Source of the DNA: Thermoplasmatota archaeon
GTDB lineage: Archaea; Thermoplasmatota; Penumbrarchaeia; Penumbrarchaeales; Penumbrarchaeaceae
Direction: 5' to 3'
Length of the DNA: 35,921 bases
Assembly (NCBI GenBank): GCA_049472275.1
Contig: JBLIRL010000002.1
Coordinates: 1 to 35,921, forward strand
Positions within the stretch are counted from its first letter, which is position 1. Each line of letters starts with the position of its first letter. A model generated the notes under the pieces. The model ran no database searches. It had not been told where the DNA came from and saw nothing but the letters and a program-made list of their open reading frames with translations. A program made the translations under genes and the position numbers. This document shows positions 9,401-15,400 of the stretch, piece by piece.

Positions 9401-11123
9401 ACGCGCATGCTGCGTCGGTGATGAAGTTGGGACCCTTCAGATTGAAGAGATTGGCGAGCCTTCCGGAAGCGATGTTCGGAAGGCAGCCCGGCATGGAATC
9501 CTCGTTTATCTGAATAATTTTTTCGTCCATTATCCCATGAACCGCGTTCTTTATCCTGACCCTGGCATCCTGGGGAAGGTTCTTCCACTCCTCGACCTCG
9601 TCCATCCAGGCATAAAGATTGTCGAAGGAAACCCTGAGCGCCCCCCAGTCCCTGTTCTCTCCACCGCCGGAGTTGGAGACGATGACCCCTATCCGTGTCC
9701 TGTCCACCTCGCTGTTGTCGATAAGCCCGGAATCTATCAAAGCCTCCTTGCAGGCCTTCATGGCGTACCTCTGGTAGCGATCGATCTGCTCGAAGAGTTT
9801 TGGGGGAAGCCTGAACTCCCTGAAATCCATGTCGAGATCGGTTATGAAAGCTCCGATCTTGGTATAGGTCTTGTCAGGCTTCTTCCTGTCAGGATCGTAA
9901 TAGTACTTCCAGTCCCACCTGTCCTTGGGCACCTCCATGGACGCGTCCACACCATCCAGGACCGCCTTCCAGAAATTATCGGTCCCGATGCCCTTCGGGA
10001 AAACCGAGCCGATACCCACGACGGCGATCGACCTGTCGTGATAGTCCTCCGGGACGGGCATTCCATCTACCGTGATCTCACTTCTGTCCAATTTTTCCCC
10101 CTCCTTTGTATATTCCGTTTCAATCGCATCCTTGACAGCTTTCTCCGTTGCCGACACCGGGGCAAGGTCAGACAGTGCCTCCTCGACACCGCCGTAGGAT
10201 TCAAGCTCCCTCGCTTCCGACAGTTCCTCGCCCGCCGGATACAATATGCCGCCCCCTCCCTTCAGGGAAGAAGCGACGAGCTCCTTCATGCTCTCCTTCA
10301 AAGTAATGTATACGGTCTTCGGATCCTCATCCTGATCGACCATTGCCTTCTCGAGATTTGTCAGGTCGCTCCTCGTGGCATCATCGGCAATGAACCTGTG
10401 CGGCCTTCCGATGGACTCTCCGACAAGGAACGTGTCCCCGCTCCTGTGGGCATCAATCAGTTCCCTGAGTGCTTCCGGGAGAGAGGCCTCCGATGTGGAG
10501 AACAGCTGGGAATCCATCACCAGACCGGATATCCCGAGGTCCCGGGCCTTCCCGAGGTCGGAGAGGGGTATGCCTCCTCTCACGATCAGAGGCCTGTCAT
10601 CGACCTCCTTGAGGACCTCGGCCAGGAGGTCTTTTGTGCTGAGTTCGGAAACCCTTCCTCCACCCTCCCGGCCCCTGAGTATCAATGCATCCGCCCCTGC
10701 CTGCGAGGACGCCTCCGCCTCCTCAACTGTACATACCTCCTGGAAGACCTTCAGCCCCATGGACCGGGCCGTCTCGTATATGGTCGACCTGACCATGTCG
10801 GGTATGGTCTCCTTCGGCATGGATACGAGGAGTTTCATTCCGTCGGGAAGCTCGCCGGTTATCAGGGATTGGAGCTTCTCGCTCATCGGGTCCACGCGGA
10901 CCCCGAAATCCACCGATGATCCGTCCATTGCCCTCAGGAGTTCCGCTATTCCATTTGAATCGACGTACTCCAGGTCGATGACCCCCATGGCTCCGGCCTT
11001 GGAAGCGGCCATGGCGAGTCCTGGGTCGGTCTGCCCGGGAGGATTATAGACAATTATGTCCATACTTGTACGAAGTAGAGAGCCTACTGTCTCAACACTA
11101 ACTCTGTCCGTTCCTGAACTCAT
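468..11123 (-). CDS. Type I iterative PKS / PUFA-synthase-like megasynthase, 3,551 aa: ER-like(NMO/FabK/PfaD TIM barrel)-KS-AT-KS-ACPx4-KR-DH-PPTase
   Basis: Uninterrupted 10,656-nt ORF with a GGTGA motif 4 nt upstream of ATG 11123. Motifs read from the translation follow. NMO/FabK-like barrel: [23 protein letters not shown]. KS1: DAAC573ASS, EAH707GTST, GH745LKSAAG. Malonyl-type AT: PGQGSQ, GHS1079LGE, H1181AFH. KS2: NSAC1679ATS, SH1827ET, TGH1867AFG. Four ACP-like repeats: [12 protein letters not shown] with T2045/2168/2301/2423. KR: [9 protein letters not shown], DY2895SSAN. PKS-type DH: H3049[17 protein letters not shown]. Sfp-type PPTase: GKPY, [21 protein letters not shown]. My residue count closes exactly on 3551. 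Confidence 0.92.
   Translation of the reverse strand: [3551 protein letters not shown]
471..1151 (-). other. Domain: Sfp-type 4'-phosphopantetheinyl transferase fused at the C-terminus, aa ~3325-3551
   Basis: [69 protein letters not shown] and [14 protein letters not shown] match the Sfp-family motif order (GKP; (F/I)S(I/H)SH; G(I/V)D(I/L)E; (F/W)(S/C)xKE(S/A)xxK). Confidence 0.8.
1200..2072 (-). other. Domain: PKS-type (double hot-dog) dehydratase, aa ~3018-3308
   Basis: LPDH3049[11 protein letters not shown] matches HxxxGxxxxP (His codon 1977-1979). [12 protein letters not shown] matches the GYxYGPxF-like motif. A second hot-dog half follows and ends near FRDYQLKSM. Confidence 0.75.
2196..3656 (-). 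other. Domain: ketoreductase (structural plus catalytic subdomains), aa ~2490-2976
   Basis: Pseudo-Rossmann segment [16 protein letters not shown]; catalytic Rossmann segment [23 protein letters not shown] (Ser2710 codon 2994-2996); [22 protein letters not shown]2895SSAND. Confidence 0.8.
3741..5105 (-). repeat. Four tandem ACP-like domain-encoding repeats (units ~4875-5105, 4506-4736, 4107-4337, 3741-3971), spaced 369/399/366 nt between equivalent positions
   Basis: Each unit encodes ..V..KTGYP(E/D)[31 protein letters not shown].DD.(I/V)NL..[11 protein letters not shown].. (unit 1 is more divergent). The DNA repeat is visible directly: 95 nt at 3838-3932 match 4204-4298 with one mismatch. 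The linkers are acidic, low-complexity or PEPEPQ-type. Confidence 0.88.
5316..6833 (-). other. Domain: second ketosynthase KS2 (aa ~1431-1936) with intact Cys-His-His, placed between AT and the ACP array
   Basis: [13 protein letters not shown] N-terminus, PNIHVNSAC1679ATSTIAVG (Cys codon 6087-6089), FMSH1827ETYTP, [8 protein letters not shown]1867AFGA, [13 protein letters not shown] C-terminus. It has a long insertion (~aa 1470-1640) compared with KS1. Confidence 0.75.
7302..8198 (-). other. Domain: acyltransferase (malonyl-CoA:ACP type), aa ~976-1274
   Basis: [10 protein letters not shown], GHS1079LGEYGA (Ser codon 7887-7889), and VSHAFHSG, where the HAFH motif is classically associated with malonyl specificity. 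Confidence 0.9.
8646..10037 (-). other. Domain: ketosynthase KS1 (aa ~363-826), canonical Cys-His-His
   Basis: [13 protein letters not shown] N-terminus, [10 protein letters not shown]573ASSLAAV (Cys codon 9405-9407), EAH707[8 protein letters not shown], IGH745[22 protein letters not shown] C-terminus. Confidence 0.9.
10389..11066 (-). other. Domain: FMN-dependent enoyl-reductase-like TIM barrel (nitronate monooxygenase/FabK/PfaD family), aa ~20-245, approximate borders
   Basis: [65 protein letters not shown] and [31 protein letters not shown] parallel the NMO/FabK motifs (PM.G....LA.AVS.AGGLG; GAD.....G.EAGGH; P....GGI.DG). The usual His of E(A/S)GGH is Arg157 here. Confidence 0.55.
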
Positions 11124-11438
11124 GGTCTCACCAGGGAAGGCAATTCACTCAACGTTGAATGCGCATTTTCCCCTAACATGAAATGGTTAATAAAAATTAT
11201 GTTCTATTAGTAATGATTTTTTTTACTTTTTTAACTCGATGTCGAAGAAAACAATAAAAAAATGGAATGAAAAGGACGACAACATCTTAACATAATTGTA
11301 TCAATGAGTGAATTAACGGTAATAAAGGTCTCAAACCTTCTGGCCGCGGGTAAAAACCTCCATAATAGTCAATTACACCATGGACGAACGTTAACCTCCA
11401 TGAAGATATCAAATGGGTGAAGTGGTCCTAAGCCAGCG
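11124..11438 (-). promoter_or_regulatory. AT-rich intergenic region carrying the likely megasynthase promoter (TATA-like TTTTTATTAA on the minus strand at ~11187-11198, ~65-75 nt upstream of the ATG)
   Basis: 315 nt that is visibly far more AT-rich than the flanking coding DNA. It holds the only strong TATA-like element upstream of ATG 11123. A 10-nt inverted repeat, AATTCACTCA (11142-11151) and TGAGTGAATT (11305-11314), brackets the AT-rich core. Confidence 0.4.
11247..11262 (-). terminator. Candidate archaeal oligo-T terminator for the RDH-like gene (minus-strand TTTTTTTATTGTTTT)
   Basis: Plus-strand A7 run at 11256-11262 followed by AAAA reads as T7..T4 on the minus strand, ~180 nt downstream of stop 11439. 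A T5 run (11352-11356) lies closer to the stop. Archaeal termination commonly uses oligo-T tracts. Confidence 0.3.
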
Positions 11439-12359
11439 TCAAACGCTTCCCGGAAGCTTCCTCGGTACCTTTTCTGGGTGTTCCCTGTAATGGGCGTTCA
11501 ACCTCTTGACGGCATCTAAAAATCTGCCCATATCCTCGTGCTTTCTGTTGAAAGGACAGACCTTGATGCAGATACCGCATCCGTCATATTTCGCGAACTC
11601 GGGAAGGCATCTGTAGGGATCGATCGTGTATTTCAGATGGCCTCTTTCCATGGACATTGTCCTTGAGATCGCATCGCCCAGGCATTCATCGGCGCATATC
11701 TGGCATCTCTCACAGAATTCCTGAACGCCCATGTCGATCCGGTGACCCTGGGGGAGCTGAAGCTCGGTGGAGATGACACCCAATCTCACTCTTGGACCGA
11801 ACTCCGGTGTGATCAGCAGGCCCAGCATTCCCACCTCACCCAGGCCTGCATGGACAGCGGCAATCGGATTCAATACGGTCGGGGGATCCCCGAGGAAGGT
11901 CCTGACCTGATGCCCCCTCGCCCGGTAACCCATGGACCTTATGAACTCTGCAGATTTCTGGACGATCCAGCCCAGCCTCCAGTAGGCGCGCAATGCCTCC
12001 TTTCCCGCAGGAGGATCAGGAGCCGTATCGATGGCGGAATGGTCCATCTCCAGACCGAGAACCACGGCGAAATCTCCCGGAACCTCGGCCCCCTTGAAGA
12101 CCATGCCCGGCAGTATCCTTGTGAAACCTATGACAGATGCCCCGGCGGCCATCGAGAATTGCCTCAATCTCCCTGCAGCCTCCTCCGGTGAGGAGAATTC
12201 GATCCTCTCCGTGTTCACCGGTCCGTCCAGGCTCGTATACTGGTTCTCCTCGATGTCCGTCACCCAGAACTTCTCCTCCGGCGATGACTTAGTAAGATCC
12301 TGGTAATGCTCCACCATGTATCTGAATATGTTTCGATATTCGGGAGGTTCGAAAGCCAT
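11439..12359 (-). CDS. Reductive-dehalogenase/epoxyqueuosine-reductase (RdhA/QueG)-family Fe-S protein, cytoplasmic, 306 aa
   Basis: The N-terminal two-thirds resemble the RdhA/QueG fold (AAGASVIGFTRI, FAVVLGLEMD, AYWRLGWIVQKSAEFIRSMGYRARG). The C-terminus has two ferredoxin-type clusters (CERCQICADEC and CGICIKVCPFN). No twin-arginine signal and no TM segment. Confidence 0.6.
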   Translation of the reverse strand: MAFEPPEYRNIFRYMVEHYQDLTKSSPEEKFWVTDIEENQYTSLDGPVNTERIEFSSPEEAAGRLRQFSMAAGASVIGFTRILPGMVFKGAEVPGDFAVVLGLEMDHSAIDTAPDPPAGKEALRAYWRLGWIVQKSAEFIRSMGYRARGHQVRTFLGDPPTVLNPIAAVHAGLGEVGMLGLLITPEFGPRVRLGVISTELQLPQGHRIDMGVQEFCERCQICADECLGDAISRTMSMERGHLKYTIDPYRCLPEFAKYDGCGICIKVCPFNRKHEDMGRFLDAVKRLNAHYREHPEKVPRKLPGSV

Positions 12360-12493
12360 GACGCTCCCGGTTAGGGTTTATCGGGGAATAATACTTTCGT
12401 GATTATGTCCGCTGGTTCTGGTTGATTATTTATACTCGTGGGTACTAGAGAATACCAAGGGTCTTGTGAAGGTACCGGAGAAGGTGTGGTGAA
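12360..12493. promoter_or_regulatory. Divergent promoter region (RDH-like gene leftward, surface protein rightward)
   Basis: TATA-like TTATTTATAC at ~12427-12436, ~60 nt upstream of ATG 12494, which has GGTGTGGTG just upstream. On the minus strand, AGTATTATTCC at ~12385-12395 lies ~30 nt upstream of ATG 12359. Confidence 0.3.
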
Positions 12494-15400
12494 ATGAGAG
12501 CTAAAACAATATCCATGGTCTCGCTGCTCATCCTGTCACAGTTGGTCGCCATGATGCTCGGAGGGGCGGTCGGGGACCATCCCAGGGAGATAGAGCTCGT
12601 GGACGAGGTGCTCACCTACGAGACACTGGTCCTGATACCACCGGGTGAGGATTTCTTCGTGGCCTTCGATCCATCCCGGGGTGAATTGATCCCCAAGGAC
12701 ATCCCTCCCCTCGAGGCACCCTGCCTGGAGGCCATCGAGCTCGTCCCGGAATGGATGAGGATGAACCTTACACACAAGTTTCGGCTCCTATCGGGCCTGG
12801 ACAGGATAGCCATGGCGAATCTTATACTGAACTCACCCAACGAGAGCTACCGCGATGAGATCGGTTTCGTAATCGCCCATTCGACCCCGGAGACCCTGAC
12901 CGATGATGACTTCTTCCCCCAGATCATCACCCACAACGCACAGCTCATCTACGAGCATGAGAAACTCCTGGATTACGTCAGGATAATGGAGAAGGACGAT
13001 CACACAACACTTTCCTACAGACAGTCCGACGATTCCTGGGTCGAGCTGTCAAGGGACGACTACTACTGGTTCGTGGTACATCCGAAGCTCGGGGACGAAC
13101 TTCCGACGTACATAGACCCGAACTATGATTATACGAGCGATCCTCCCTTCGACAGGAACCATGGTGTCGCACCCCCAACCGGCAAGTACTGGAGGGAATG
13201 GTTCTTCGAGTACAACAAGACCGGAAAGCCGCTCCTGCTCGACCAGCTTCGAGGAATGAATACTACCCTGGATGCAATAAGGGCCATAAACGGGTGGATA
13301 GGCGCTTCCATGGTCTTCACATCGGATAACGAGCGCCCGGTTCAGCCTGTCAGGATCTATGTCAAGGGACAGGGGCGATGCGGAGAATATCAGGACATGA
13401 GGTCAGCGGCCGCAAGGGCTGCACTGATACCCGTCATAGCGACAAGCAATCCCGCGGAAGACCATGTTTGGAACGAGTTCTGGGACCTCGGGTGGCACCA
13501 TTGGGACGGCATGATCGATAATCCTCACGCTTACGAGAAGGGATGGGGTAAGACACTCTCATCGGTTTGGAACAGCAGGGGTGACGGCTATGCTTGGTCC
13601 GTGACCTCGAGATATTCGGAAACGGCTGTCTTCGACATCATCGTCGATGACTCCTCCTTCATGCCTGTTGACGGGGCAGAGGTCAGCGTGTACACCGAGA
13701 ACTTCTATCAACCAGAGATCAGGTCCGAGACCTTCGGTTCAGTAACCGACAGCAACGGAAGGGTCTCCATAGAGCTCGGTGATCTCAGGAACTACTGGGG
13801 AAGGGCCGATACATCCGACCTCGGATCGGACCCCACCAATCCGATCTCCCAGAACGAGATGGCGATGAACACCACTGCGGGCGAGGAATACGACATCCAC
13901 TTCCGCGTCCCCAGGTCGGCTCCCAGCCTCATGGTCGGAGTGTCCGGTCATCGACCTCTTCCGTCTGAGAACGACGATCCCATCTTCTCCATCGATTTCG
14001 AGGTGGTGGGGCAGATAACCCGAGGAGATGCAAGGGTAGCCCCGGGCAGGTACGATCTCTACAAGGAAGGGGGCAACATAGATTTCTTCATCACAAACGA
14101 GTTGCATATGGCCGCATATCACAACGATCTTCCCGTTACCGGTTGGGAGTTCCATCAGAGGACCACCGCTCAGAACGTCAGCTATCGGGTCGCCTCCAAT
14201 CTGACATGGTTCTATGTCCTGTCCAACGGTTTCTCTCAGCAGACCTACAAGATAGTGAAATTGAAGGCTGCCGTCATGACGGAGACCTATATCAACATCG
14301 AGACCCCAATCGAGGGACAGAGGATCTCCTTCGGCGAGATTTTCGATATCTCGGGTATCGTAATGACCTCGATGGTCGAACCGCTCGTCGAGATATCCCT
14401 TGATAACGGCCACAACTGGAGACCGAGTACTGTGGAAACCGCGGAGAACGGAACATATCGTTACACCACGACCATGAGCATCATACCGGCCGATCCAGCA
14501 AAGATAACGAACCTCCCCATGGAAGGGAGGATCATGGCGAGGATAGCGGGAAAGAACGGGACCATAGTCTCTTCTTCCATCCTCTGGGTCGACGACATCG
14601 ATCCGGAGATCCAGGGAGAGCTGGACAGATCAGTTGTCCATCAGGGAGATGTCATCGTGGTGAAAGGAAGGATCTGGGACAACATGGCAGTGGAGTCCGC
14701 ATATTATTCCATAGATTCAAGCGGAGGCGGCCGAAGGCTCGATCTCGTGAACGGTACAGAATACGAGATGGAGGTCTCAACCGCAGGAATGACACCCGGA
14801 ATCCACCAGATCTGGATCTCGGCCGAGGACCTCTACGAAAATCACGCTCGAATGAACCTGACCTTCAAGATACTCGAAGGGGACCCTCCAAGAATCGAGA
14901 TCCTTTCACCCGGGACCCTGACCGTTCACAGGTACGGCGGTCCCATCGAAGTCAAAGGGAGGGTCAGGGACAATTCCGCAATCGGGCAATTATGGATCTC
15001 GCTCGGGAACATGAGGGCCGATGAGTTCGATGTCGATATGATCGACGATCAGGGATACTTCACCCACACGATCGATTACTCGACCAGCTCCCTGGATGAG
15101 GGAGAACAGGACCTGGCGATCTCGGCGGTGGATACCGCCTACAACCTTGCGGAGGAAGTTCGAACGATCATACTTGACGGTGAGAGGCCGAAAATGGAAC
15201 TCGATAATTCTGAGAACATGGTGGTGGCTCCGAATACGGATCTCGAGATTTCCGGTATGCTCCGAGATGACCACGGCATAGGATATGTGGAGGCCATCGT
15301 GAACGAAGCCGACAGCCAGGAGGTCCGTTTGAACAGGGGATCCGGGACCTTCTCCCTTGAGCTCGATTCGAACTTCGATCTTAACGAGGGGGAGAACATC

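Noticed and set aside
8889-10919. 676-aa plus-strand ORF antisense to the ER/KS1 region of the megasynthase
   Set aside because: It lies entirely inside a minus-strand ORF with dense, ordered catalytic motifs. Its translation is Gly/Arg/Pro/Leu-rich with no recognisable motif and no RBS or TATA context. It is a typical shadow ORF of GC-rich coding DNA.
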